Of a DNA stretch of 64,000 nt, positions 1 through 13,090 are shown piece after piece. Position 1 is the stretch's first letter; every line of letters starts with the position of its first letter. The position numbers were made by a program, and so were the translations under genes. The stretch is from Eledone cirrhosa. Its lineage: Eukaryota. The stretch lies in contig OZ024746.1 in assembly GCA_964016885.1 (NCBI GenBank), forward strand, positions 10,044,001 to 10,108,000, in the 5' to 3' direction. The notes under the pieces are model-generated. The model worked only from the letters and a program-made list of their open reading frames with translations, was not told where the DNA came from and ran no database searches.

Positions 1-218
1 GAAAAAATGTTTCCGAAAGTCATGGGAGCTGTGCTGTTTTCTGACTTTGTTGGCATGCCCACGCGTGTTAGACACATGGAAATCAAAAAGGTACTCAGGG
101 TTGTTGTTGGCAAGATGGTTAATAATTTTGTGGGTGTTTACCAGACGTCAGAAAATAAGTCATTTCTAGCTGCCTGGTGTTATTTGTTCTCTCTCATTTT
201 GTTTATAAATATATACAA

Positions 219-385
219 TTCTTCTTCTTTACCCACTTATTCTTGAGTGGGTCATGGGGGAAGAGGCCTCAAAAGCATCTTCCAGTGGGTACTATCTGAA
301 GCAACCATCTCCAACTGATCTGGCTGGATTCCCAAGTGAGACCAGCCATGCTCATGGATGTTATCCAACCATTTTGTTCAGGGTC
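219..385 (-). mobile_element. RTE-type LINE 3' fragment with (GAA)n tail
   Basis: Reverse complement is similar to 17740-17936 (ccagtggg..gaagcaac..ctccaactgatctggctggat). Confidence 0.7.
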
Positions 386-791
386 TACAATTGAATATGA
401 ATAAAGTTTCTTACATAATTTCATTTAACAATAGATTAATAAAAAGCCATAGCATAATATTTTGAATAGAAAATTGGGAATTTTTCAAGATAAATATATA
501 CTTACCTAAACTGGCTATTATAACAACAGACAATTTTCTTTGCCATCAGGGTCAAAGTAAATTGTGAAAGATCACCCACAACATTATTAAGATTTTGCTT
601 ATTGGTTTGTTTATGTGTTGCTGTTGTTTTGTTTTATTTTCTATTTACAGCAATGGTGTTTTTAATGGATTTAAATAAATATTATTTCCTTTGTTACATT
701 TAACAGGAAATTGTGGTTTATATCTCGGTGATTCAACCAGTTTCCAAACTGAAATAACATGGTTAACTGCTTACTTATATACTATTATATG

Positions 792-823
<32 letters not shown>

Positions 824-1398
824 CGTGAAATGTATTAATTATAAGAATATATGTAGTGTATTAATTATAAGAACACACATACACATATATATATATTGCA
901 TTAATTGCAAGAATATATGTAAGAGTCTGCCTGTGAGTATGTGTATGTGTAAATTTAGTTGCTAGAGGAATCATAGCAGATGTGTATGGAAGATAAATAT
1001 GTTGCCAGTGATTGAGTGTGTATATGAAGATATGAATGTCAAAATGCTGACATTGCCAGCTTTTTCAAAGCTTTATGTCTCCATTGTCATAGTATCACTT
1101 TAGTAAAGTTTGCAAACCATTTCTTGCTCTATGTTTGCTATTCACTGCTATATAATCAGATTTAAAAAGAAGAAAAAATAAAAGATATGTTCCACTGAAC
1201 TGGTTGCTATGGAGAACATTTGCACTATTCCTATGATCAAAACAATTCAACTTCTTTGACCTGGGTATTTTTTCACATTGTTGATAAATCTTCTGATTAT
1301 TTTATTTGGATGTTTTATTCAATAAATGTATTATATACAATTACTCCATCATAATCTGTTTCTGAAATTTATATCCTAGGTTATTTGATGTATTTTAT

Positions 1399-1474
<76 letters not shown>

Positions 1475-1481
1475 GTATATA

Positions 1482-1559
<78 letters not shown>

Positions 1560-2240
1560 TATATAATATATGTCCAACAGTTGCTAGAATGTATATGTGT
1601 ATGAATATATATTTGTATATTCTATAATGTGTTGTGTTTGTGTGTGCTTTTTAACAACACACAATAATTATATGTATGTGAATATGTCAACAAAAGACTC
1701 CTAGAGAAAAATGGATTTGATTTTCGAAATCTGCGTCTCGAGAAGGTTTTGGGGCACATGAAGATTCTTAATTCTGAAAAGAATAAAATAAAATAAAAAA
1801 TAGAAAATAGTCATACTATATCAATCACTGTTACTGTGACAATTTAAGTAGTCTGGCTTTTTATTGATTATCTCACACATTCCTTCAACATGACCTTATT
1901 ATTCCATCCCATCCATGCTATAAGGAAGGGGGCTTTGTTTTCACTGTGAGGCAGAGAGTTGTTCTCGCAGAGGTCACTCAATGTTTACATGTCGGTTCTC
2001 ATGCTAAAGTGCACAACAAGGCACTGGTACCACTTCAACATACAGATCTACTGAGGCCATAGAGGCCACCCTGGGGATGATTTACAATTCATATGGAGGG
2101 GCCATAGAGAATATATAACAGAGAATGAGGTACGGAGGAGACAGGGTCTGACATGGAATAAAAAAAAATTGAAAGAAAGCGATTCTATGGTTAAAATTGC
2201 AGGGCAATGAAGGGTTACTTTGATAGTATATATATATATA

Positions 2241-2506
2241 TCATCATCATCACCCACCGTCTTACGTCCGTTTTTCCACGCCAGCATGGGTTAGACGGTT
2301 GTCCTGTTGTTGGCAGTGTCCAGTCGGCTGACCTGTCTTGCTCATACGGGAACTGATTCTGGCTTGATTTTTACAGCTGGATGCCCTTCCTAACACCAAC
2401 CCCATTTACAGTGTGGGCTGGGTGCTTTTTTTGCCATGGCACCTCCACGACCACTTTGCAGTGGAATGATAGGAATCCCAGTCCTATCATCTCATTTCTA
2501 CAGCTG
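2241..2506 (-). mobile_element. 5'-truncated SINE carrying the RTE-A type (ATG)n tail
   Basis: catcatc..ttacgtccg..gcatgggttagacgg tail plus the SINE body gtggaatgatagg..cccagtcctatcatctcatttctacagctga shared with 29049-29392. Confidence 0.8.
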
Positions 2507-2762
2507 ATATATTTTGATATATATATATATCAAAAATAGAAATATATATCACAAATTCACAGGATAGTAGAGCAAGATATATTATATTATAGACCATATG
2601 CATTAGCTAAACATGTTCTATCCTTGAAGTTGCACCATTAGAATATTTTTCAATATGAAACATTTTGTAAAGAATAAACAATGTTGATAAGTGTGTTTTG
2701 ATTCTCCTTCACAATATTCTGTTTATATGGATATATGAATATATATACATATGGATATATGA

Positions 2763-2867
<105 letters not shown>

Positions 2868-2917
2868 TATGGATATATGAATATATATATGGATATATGA
2901 ATATATATATGGATATA

Positions 2918-2965
<48 letters not shown>

Positions 2966-2983
2966 TATGGATATATGGATATA

Positions 2984-3018
<35 letters not shown>

Positions 3019-3207
3019 ATATATGAATATGAATATACATACATTTTCATATATGATATGCTTGTAAAGGTGGGTATGACATGTGTATGTGGGCCTGTGT
3101 AGACATTATTTAAATGTTATTGTCCATTTGTTCATTGATGTTAGTAACATTCATTCATTGATATCCTATTTATGAAGTGAAGCAATTTTTTTATATTTCA
3201 GCTTAAT

Positions 3208-3281
<74 letters not shown>

Positions 3282-3941
3282 TTACATATACATACATATA
3301 TATATACATATATATATATGTATACATATATATATATACATGGAACTATTGATTGTATATCTTGTTAATATTGTTATAAAATTGATTTAAATATCATAAC
3401 AAAGAAAATCATAGAAAATTGCTTGATTTTATATTAAATCATTAATTGTACAATAATTGTAAGAACACATTACCTAAATGCTGATTTTCAAATTTTTAAT
3501 TTTATTGTTTTTAATTGTTTAATATTTTTGTCGTTTGTTTATATTCATTTTCTTGGCACATTTTAAAATTGTGTTTTATCTAAACTGCTCTTTTGATTAA
3601 TGATAATATTACATCATTCAGATTTCTCCAGTAAATATTGTAATGTTCTTTATTATAGTTTTTTCATGCACACACACACATCCGTGTTTGTTTGACGGCT
3701 GAAAGAAAAATGTACTCAATATTGAAGTAGAGTTTTAATATTCATTTTATTAAGACTAGATAGTGAGTCTTGTTCATCATGACCCTGTGGTAAACAGGCA
3801 AAACTCCAGAATAACAAGACTCCCAATTTAGCTTTAATAAAATGAATATATATATTCAATAATATATATATATATATATTAAAATGAATATATATAAACA
3901 TTAAGTTCTTGTCTGAATATGTCACTATAAACCAATTTTTG

Positions 3942-4001
3942 TATTTTATCTGATGAGAGTGTACCAAAATGTTGGTACCTTGAAATATATATAATAAGAT
4001 A
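3942..4001 (+). ncRNA. Minimal type I hammerhead ribozyme motif (Penelope-associated type)
   Basis: Stem I TATTTTAT/ATAAGATA, core CTGATGA (3950-3956), stem II GAG.GTACCAA-aatg-TTGGTAC.CTT, GAAA (3982-3985), short stem III with palindromic ATAT loop, and NUH = AUA at 3991-3993. Confidence 0.65.
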
Positions 4002-4059
4002 AATATGGTTTTATAAAGATAGCTTCCATTTATTAATATTATTGATATATATATATAAA

Positions 4060-4740
4060 CAAACACCACAGACTAGTAGAGATTAAAAAAATACTCAAGA
4101 GAAAATATCCTCTGAATTTAATAAATAATAGTATTCAAAAAGAAAGGCAAATTGACACCTGATATTTCTAAAAAACAAAGCCACTCTCCAAAAAGGTTAT
4201 ACCATATATTTCAATTTTTAACCAAAAGAATCTATACACGCATCCAACTAAACTTATTTTAATAAGGGAGCAAAAAATGAAAAACATTTTGCAGAACTAT
4301 CCATACACAAAAAGTAAAAGATAAATACAATCACTAAAAAATTGGTGAGAAATGCAAAGCTGCATATCATAACTAAAGATCCTGAAGTTATTAATAGTGA
4401 ACAAACTGTTGAATATGCAATTATATATTAGAAGGTTCCAAATTTCAAATCAAAGAAGGCCCTACAACTTTTCATGTCACTCATATGATTTATCTTATAA
4501 CATGGTGAAAGAAAATTATGGCAATGTGACAAAGGCTGAAAGTATACCGTTATCAAATTATGGAACTGTATGCCAAAAGACCCCTTTGAGTCAACATATA
4601 TAGAGTTGCAAATGCCAGATCTTGCTAAATTTCAATACTTTCCCACTTTATCAATGTAGAAATTTGACAGCAGAACAGCAAATGTATGAGAAAAGAAATG
4701 TATTTTATAACTGAATACAAACCAAAATAAAACTTAATAT
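4060..4740 (+). mobile_element. Degenerate Penelope-like retroelement ORF (RT thumb, linker and GIY-YIG remnants)
   Basis: Broken-frame peptides RLVEIKKILKRKYPLNLINNSIQK, KVIPYISIFNQKN, NFSCHSYDL, VCQKTPLSQHI and a terminal YKPK.LN-like segment. These resemble PLE C-termini; many stops and frameshifts. Confidence 0.6.
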
Positions 4741-5936
4741 ACTTCAGTTGATATCTGACATTGAATCTGATTAATGTTGAAACTAGAGTGGACTAAAGGT
4801 ACTCATATACCAGAAGTGGACTCTGCTAAAGGTATCTATTTACTAGTTGGTGGTGTTAAACCAGCTGGATTACCTCTAACGATCTGAAGCAAAGAACTTG
4901 GATGCAATACTATTAGCTAATGGAATACCTATAAATTATACAATGCTGCTACTTACAGTTCATCCATCTAAAAATAGTTGCTCTGTGTTATATATTTATA
5001 GACACGACAAATATATAGCCAGGACTAATAAAAGTTAAATATCTAAGTGAGAGTCAATATGCCTGTAGCTGTGACACAATACAGACCATTAATCCATCAG
5101 CTGAAAATTTATCACTTTATTCAGGTGTTTATAATTGACAAGGGAATTAGTTTTAAAAAATAGCTCTAAAATGTAGGTTATTATGCTGAAGTTAACCATT
5201 TCAGTCTTATAAAAAAAACAACTGCCTATAATTTTCAAGTCATATTGAAAATAATCAAGAATTTTGAGGGATTTTGGAATATAACTAACTTTCTTATTAT
5301 TAAGCTGATATTAGTAACATAACTTAATAAAGTTTCTTACATGGAATTATAATGGAAGGATTTTACTTAAATATAAACACTTTAAAATAAACAGCTTATT
5401 ATCATAGAACCAGGGGCAATATAAGGCTAAATTCTTTATCCTAAAACCAGACTAGCATTTTGAGTAAACCTTGTTCATTCAAAATAATAAGTTTATAATA
5501 TCTATGTATACAAGATGGACACCAAAGCAGTGGAAGTGGACTAGAGGGTGGCCAGATGGTGTGATGATTTGACCCGATGCCTCGACTCCACATGGCCCTT
5601 TATGGCCAGAGATATGAAGCAATGGTGGTTAACTAAGGAGGAGCTCCTCCAACAATAGTGAGAAAGCCCTGGATTTGGTTCTATGTATATATATATATTT
5701 TTTAAGTTATATTGGGGCCAAAATGTTGATCATCTTGTTAATAGAAATATTAAGCATCCTTTCTTTTGTTGTAAATATTTTCTCAGGTGGAAGCAGGGAT
5801 AATAAATCTTCCATGTTAGATTTAATTCTATCCTATATTTAAGGGAAATCTTTATCATCAAAACTTTCAGACAGCTGGGGGACAATATCCTTTTCATTAC
5901 CATATTTATGACAACTTAGCAAAGATTCTTAGATAA

Positions 5937-6415
5937 AATTGTTTCTACTTTTGGCACAAGGCCAGCAATTACCCAGTGCATTACTGGTACTTTATTTTAT
6001 CGACCCCCGTAAGGATGAAAGGCAAAGTTAACCTCGGCGGGATTTGAACTCAGAATGGCAAGGGCCATAACTCTATGTGTCAAAGCATGGCATCAGACCC
6101 TCTACTGATACTGCCAATCCACCACTCTTAGATAAAATCATAATTGTTTCTACTTTAGGCACAAGGCCAGCAATTACCCAGTGCAATACTGGTACTTTAT
6201 TTTATCGACCCCGTAAGGATGAAAGGCAAAGTTAACCTCGGCGGGATTTGAACTCAGATCGTAAAGGGACATAACTATGCTGGAAAGCATGGCGTCCGAC
6301 CCTCTACCGATACTGCCAATCCACCGCCCTTAGATAAAATTATAATTGTTTCTACTTTTGGCACAAGGCCAGCAATTACCCAGTGCATTACTGGTACTTT
6401 ATTTTATCGACCCCG
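5937..6415 (-). mobile_element. Three head-to-tail copies of a tRNA-derived Nin-domain-like SINE (third copy truncated)
   Basis: Minus strand shows A-box TGGCAGTATCGG, B-box GAGTTCAAATCCC and gcctttcatccttacggggtcgataaaataaagtacc. Confidence 0.9.
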
Positions 6416-7081
6416 ATAATGAAAGATTTTTAGATAGATATAAACACTTTACAATAAACAGCTTAGCATCAGAGTACTAGGGTGGTTTCAGGTGGTTTTG
6501 GTATCACAAAGGTATCATCATTACACAAAGTTTACACTGAATTATTGTGTGCTGTTAGAAAGCACACACAAACACAACACATTATAGAATATACGCCTAC
6601 ATCTTTTTATATCAATAGATATTAATTAACAGTCTTTCTTAATGATAAGAGATTAATGATTGCCACAACTTTCCACATGAAAAACTTTCACTAAAGAAAA
6701 ATGAATAAGTGGAAAAGCCAAAATATCTGGTATCAATTCTTTTTCCTTTCTCCAATCATATATTTTTATCACTTTCTCCCTTTATCTCTTCTTTCCTAAT
6801 TTTCTTCATCATCCCTTCTCCCCGTCCACATTCTTCAGAGAGTTCTAATGATTTTATCTCAAGATAATGTTAAGAATATAGAAACATGCTTCAAACTATT
6901 ATTGATGAATTTTGAACTGAGTAATTAGCCAACATGTATTGAAAGTCAATATGATGATCAAAGGAGGAATATAAATATATATATATATGTGTGTGTGTAG
7001 TAATGCTAAGAGTTTCCGTAGAATAGACAAACGAAAATGAGCAGTCTAATGTTAAGAGCAGAGCTAAAGTATATTATCAAT

Positions 7082-7260
7082 AATTGTTTCTACTTTTGGC
7101 ACAAGGCCAGCAATTACCCAGTGCATTACTGGTACTTTATTTTATTGACCCCGTAAGGATGACAGGCAAAGTTAACCTCGGCGGGATTTCAACTCAGAAT
7201 GGCAAGGGCCGTAACTCTATGCGTCAAAGCATGGTGTCCAACTCTCTGCCGATACTGCCA
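7082..7260 (-). mobile_element. Nin-like SINE
   Basis: Same consensus as the 5937 copies. Confidence 0.9.
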
Positions 7261-7450
7261 CATGCTGCCTAAAGTTTCAAAGCCTGTTCTAGCATAAGTC
7301 TTAGAGAATTTATATCTGCTGGTGTTGCTTATATTTCAGGCAATACCTGAAAGACAAGTATTGCCTGAAAGATAAGCAACACTAGCAGATATGGCAACTC
7401 TAAGAACTAAGAACTATGCTGGAGTAGGCTTTCAAACCTCAGGTAGCATG
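7261..7450. repeat. Imperfect ~85-bp-arm hairpin
   Basis: atatctgctggtgttgcttatatttcaggcaatac pairs with gtattgcctgaaagataagcaacactagcagatat; outer arms catgctgcct/aggtagcatg. Confidence 0.85.
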
Positions 7451-7468
7451 CAACACTGTTGGAATTTA

Positions 7469-7566
<98 letters not shown>

Positions 7567-7744
7567 GGTAAACAGAAATAACAACACAATCGGTATAGTA
7601 TATGGAAGGTATATATTAGGTTAACGCTTGATATAGCAGGAAGAGGGAGTTAACGTTTCAGAACTAGTCCTTCATCAGAAGAAAGAATGAGAAATAAGAT
7701 AGATTGAGGGGACAGGTGGGTTGGAATTGATATAGATATATATA

Positions 7745-7975
7745 TAAGCTTTAGGGTTTAGGGTATTTGGCTCATGATCATAAAGTCATGGGTTCAATAC
7801 CAGGTGAAGCATTGTGTCTTTGAAAAAGTCACTTTAATTCATGTTGCTCCAGTCCATTCAGCTGGCAAAAATGAGTTGTACCTGTAACTTGAAGGGTCAG
7901 CCTTGTCACAAGCAGGCTTTCCATTGATTATATCAACTGGAACACTCGCTGTCATAGCTGACAGAGTGCCAGTTT
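7745..7975 (+). mobile_element. Old tRNA-derived SINE
   Basis: B-box-like gggttcaatacc followed by ttgctccagtccattcagctggcaaaaatgagt, shared with 57897-58150. Confidence 0.65.
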
Positions 7976-8666
7976 TGAATATATATATATCATCATCATC
8001 ATTTTACGTCCACTTTTTCCCTGCTTGCAAGGGTGGGATGGGTCCTATAGGTATCTGATTTTGAATTCCTATGCAGGCATGTTTCCCTGTATAATTTTAA
8101 TTGGTTAGTAAACTTAGGTGTGTGGCTGTGTGCCTTATGATATTAACTAGAGTTAGGAATTTTACCTGCTTTAGACTTACTACATCTTATCTGTTCATGT
8201 CATGAAACCAGAACTAATTACTATTCCACATAATCCCCTTTCATGCTATGCCATCATTTATTTTGGAAACACACACACACACACACACACACATACATCT
8301 ACACATGTACATATTTTATATACATTGGTGTCAGATGGTGAAATCAGTGCTTCGGTATTTAGTTACATTCCTTCTCGTTTGTTGTTCTTTTTGTCATCTT
8401 CTGTGATGTTTAGCCATCAGAGATCAGCTCTCACCACTTCCATCCAGGTCTTCCTTGGTCTTCCTCTACTGTCGCCTCATTCCACATTACTAAATAGGAA
8501 CTCAACAACACATATGCATACATATATATATTTATCTTTATATGTGTGTGATACGGTTTATTAATAGCATTTCTAATACATATCTCAAAAGCTGCACTAA
8601 ATGTTTTTCTACCCAGGTATTACAGCAAATTCTTATGTATATATATATACAGAGAGAGAGAGAGCT

Positions 8667-8744
<78 letters not shown>

Positions 8745-8751
8745 GAGAGCT

Positions 8752-8791
<40 letters not shown>

Positions 8792-9035
8792 GAGGGAGAG
8801 AGAGATTGTATTGTTTGTTGTTCTTTTGTAGGTGGGTAAACATTGTGGATTCATGTTGGGTTTAAATTATGCTATTGAGTAAATCAACAGAAAAAAAAAT
8901 CAAGAAAATTCATCAGGCTTTGTTGCTGTCTTTGTTCTTTATCGTTTTTGTTTTTTCTTCATTCTTAACTTTAAATATGTATATGTTGTTGAATTGCATG
9001 TTTATTTCCTTGTTTTGCTGTTTTATTATTTTCAG

Positions 9036-9079
9036 ATTGTTCCACAGAAATCTTTATCTAAGAAACGCACATTCTCACA
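9036..9079 (+). CDS. Candidate alternative II-III linker mini-exon (IVPQKSLSKKRTFS+)
   Basis: Strong acceptor ttttattattttcag with TGCATG just upstream, but weak donor CA|gttaat. Phase 0 to 2, compatible with the candidate exon at 14839. Confidence 0.25.
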
Positions 9080-9346
9080 GTTAATATCCATTCTGATTAT
9101 TGATTCCAAACTAACATATACACATGTACACATACACATATATACACCTGTCAACTCACGCATACATACATGTGCATATATGCGCACACACACACACACC
9201 CACACACACATTCATAACTAGACATTGTATTTATGAATCTATGATGTATATAAAAATACATGAACATATACATTTATAATAGTCTGTATATGTGTGTAAA
9301 CATACACATATATATATATATAAGGAGAGAAAAAAAAAGAAGATAG

Positions 9347-9384
<38 letters not shown>

Positions 9385-10195
9385 TATCTTTTATATATAT
9401 ATTGTGTATAAATATTATGCTTATATATTATATATATATATGTGTGTGTGTGTAATACATTGATGCATACATGTATTGGTATCCAGGCAATATATGTATA
9501 TATATGTATGCATATACACAATTAGCCATGAATTTATGTGTGATTGTTTATATGTACACACATACTCACACATACACACACATCCATTTATATATGCACA
9601 CACATACACAGAGAGTTATTTATGTATTTATAATTTATATACACATACTTATATACATACATATTAATACATGCAGAAAAGAATAAAAACATGCACACAG
9701 TTACATACACACAAAAACACAAACAAACACTCAGATACAAACACGCACAAACACACACATATACACACACAAGCACACACATACACACATACAAACAAAC
9801 AAATAAACATTAAAACTTCTCTTTCAGCTTGGCTGTTTCATTGATTATTGACCTATGTTAGCATTTGATCGTTTCATAGTGTTTTCAATAATGAATCAAT
9901 ATACAAATATATATTAAAACTATATCAATGAATATATACAAACAAAGAAATAATAAAAATGATTCTGTTTCTTATTTTCAGTTTTTCAATCTTTATGCAA
10001 CAATGGTAGTGGATTGCTGGAATCGGTAGAGCAATGGACAATGTGCCTTGTGGCCTTTAGTTGCATACCTTTACACTCAGGAGTTCTAATCCTGTTCTGA
10101 TCGACTTTACTTTTTATCATCGTTCCAGGCGTGATGATAAAATAAAGGATGCCATTTAAATTTTCTGTTTACCTGATCATTTAGACTTTACCATA

Positions 10196-10452
10196 CAGTC
10201 CACCTGCAACTTTACAGCTCAATTTGCAGTCCATCTGCACATTAACAGCTCAATGTACAGTCCACCTGCACATTTACAGCTCAATGTACAGTCCACCTGG
10301 ATATTTACAGCTCAATGTACAGTCCACCTGCATATTTACAGCTTAATTTGCTATCCATCTGCATATTTACAGCTCAATTTGCAGTCCATCTACACATTTG
10401 CAGCTCAATTTGCAGTCCACCTGCACATTTACAGCTCAGTGGTCAGTCTACC
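10196..10452. repeat. 31-bp minisatellite, about 8 copies (cagtccacctgcacatttacagctcaatgta)
   Basis: Visible tandem periodicity. Lies inside a diverged + strand Nin-like SINE (~10005-10655). Confidence 0.9.
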
Positions 10453-11004
10453 TCAATTACAAAACTAACTCTATCCCTAATTCTAACTTGATAGAGAGGT
10501 CAGGTCATTACACAGCATAGACTATAGATACTGTGGTAGATCATGTGCGAAAGTGTCATCAAATAAAGTACCAGTTAAATACTGGGTCGATCTAATCAAT
10601 TATACCATATTTTCCTTTCACCAAAGTTGAGGCCATTGGCTTATGTAAGAAGTCAATATGCAAGGAGCTGATAAATTCTTTTTCTGTTGTTTTTTTTTTT
10701 CCTTTATCTTTTCAACTTTCTTATCATTTTCTGTTTCTTCTTCCTTTTCTTTTTTGTTTGTTCTTTTGTTGTTTTTCTTTAATTATATTTCTGTTGTTTT
10801 CATTTCTTTCTTTTTTGTTTTTTTTTTGTTTTTCATTTTAAAAAAAATCATTTTCTTCTTTGTTTCTCTTTTTTAATTCTTTATGATTATCTTCTTTTTT
10901 CTTTTATTATTATTATTATTATTGCATAATTTCTACTTCTACTATTGCTTCTACTTCTTTCTCATATTGCTTTTCTAACTCTCCTTCCTTCTTCTACTTG
11001 TGCT

Positions 11005-11040
<36 letters not shown>

Positions 11041-11538
11041 TTACAATGCAATAATAATCTTCCACTTTTGACATTTTTTCTCCACAGGTAAAAAATATAA
11101 AGAAGGTAACATTTTTGATAAAACTGTGCTTAAAAGACAAAATACACGACAACTATTCAAACATCTAACAGTTACCCTCAACCCCTCATGAAACAACACC
11201 ACCACTCCCACACACCTGACACCACTGCCTCTAACACTATTACTATCTAACATTAAATTACTAGAAAAAAATCAAAAGAAAACCAAAGCTTCTACATAGT
11301 CACTCAACATGCTAGAAGTAGCAGCCAAATCTCCCTTAAATCACACCTTAATGTCTTAAAAAAACACCTCATATAAACACATTGGAAAATATTGTATTAG
11401 ATACATTATGCTTAAAGATAAAAAAGATGGGATGGTCATGGCTGGAATGCATTTAATCTTTGTTCTACCCAATCACAGCTGATGTGGTGGCTAAACAACA
11501 ACTATCAAAACTGATCATACAGGATGATAAGGACTTAA

Positions 11539-11759
11539 CCCTTTAACATTTACATTACTCTATATTTACTATTATATTTTCACAGTAAAGACTTTACCTC
11601 ATATAATGATCTCACATAATACCGAATCTATGAGATTTTGATATTATGTATTTTGAGAACAATACCTTAACATCAGTATGAGTGGCCAGTTACAGCCAGT
11701 TTAAACAGAAAAAGGAGAGAGAATTCTGGCCGAATATGGCCGGTTTAAATGCTAAAGGG
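11539..11759 (+). mobile_element. piggyBac-like MITE family 1
   Basis: TTAA on both sides; TIR cccttta(a/g)cattta / taaatgctaaaggg. Five copies in the window. Confidence 0.88.
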
Positions 11760-12934
11760 TTAATTTTAGTTGATTTTACTTGGGTGTTACAAAAATAGAA
11801 ATCTAAAATTTAGAAAAAAGTTATTTTTAAAATTTATGTGAAGGCTTGGTGGTTAGAGTGTTGGGTTCTTGGACAGAGGAGTGTGTCATATTTTTGAGCA
11901 AAATACTTTATTTCATGTTACTCCTTCTGTCAGTTGTGACTGGCAGACAGTATCAATGGAAAGATCAATGAAAATGCTTCCTTAGTCCAATCTGACAATA
12001 AACTCCTTTCTTCTGCAGGAGTTGTGACTTGCAGACAGTATCAATAATAGAAAGACCAATGAAAATATTGTTTCTTGATCCGTTTTAATGATCGGCTCCA
12101 TTCATTTTACTTTTATATTAAAGAATATAACATTTATGCTTGTTTTATGGTTTTGTGTAACAAACACCCTAAACATGTACTGAATTAAGTAAACTATATT
12201 GACACCATTGCATTGCTGGTATTTTCTATATCCTCTCTTAGAAAGATGATAAGCAAATAGACTCGATAACAAAAGTGAGATTTGAGATTTGAACTCATAA
12301 TACAAATGTCTGTAACTAGAACACAAGTACATATTTTCTTCATATTTAGCTTTATGTGAGACGAAAATTGCTTCTACAAAACTTGACACCAAGGTTCTCC
12401 TTAATCTAATTTGTATTATTTGGGGAGAAAATTTGAATTAGATGTAGGCTATTTTCTGTTAGGCCTTTCTTATAGAGTCTTAATGTAATTATCGGCATTA
12501 AATATTTATTAACTATTCATTCTATAATTTGCAAGAGGAAGGTTTCTGTTCTTAAAATAGTATAGTGGGCAGTTTAATATACAAGACTGCCTTACAAACA
12601 GGAACATGCACAAATTGGTGTGTATATATATATATAATGATCATCATTTACTGTTCGTTTTCCTTGCTAACAAGGGTTGGATGGGTTGTTGCCAACCAAG
12701 TCAGTATTGATTTTGAGATACTGACATCTTGCTTACATACATTCCTGCACTTTACAGTGTGCACTGGGTGTGTAGTCTATTGAGACACCAGCACCATGGA
12801 GTTTGTTGTGCCCCTGACACAGCTGAAGAATTATCTCAGCTATTTGTTTGGCAACTTTTTAATGGCTGGATGCCCTTCCTAATGCCAACCAATTTACAGG
12901 GTGTACTATATATATATAATATCATATCATATTA

Positions 12935-13090
12935 CTGAGATTATTCTCTGTTGTTACTCTGAGTTTCACAGATTGCTGCTGATTGTGAAACTCAGTCACA
13001 ACAGAGAGTAATCTCACTATCATAATAAATATATCATATTCTCTATTTTAGTATTGAGCACTTTTCCTCTTGTTTGTGAACCCAAACATA
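12935..13090 (+). mobile_element. Fold-back mini-element, subfamily I (putative PLE terminus)
   Basis: Arms tgagattattctctgttgttactctgagtttcaca / tgtgaaactcagtcacaacagagagtaatctca, then AATAAA and ctctattttagtattgag. Confidence 0.6.

Noticed and set aside
10196-10452. 31-bp repeats as a CRISPR array
   Set aside because: The units are contiguous with no unique spacers, the context is a eukaryotic intron, and there are no cas genes.
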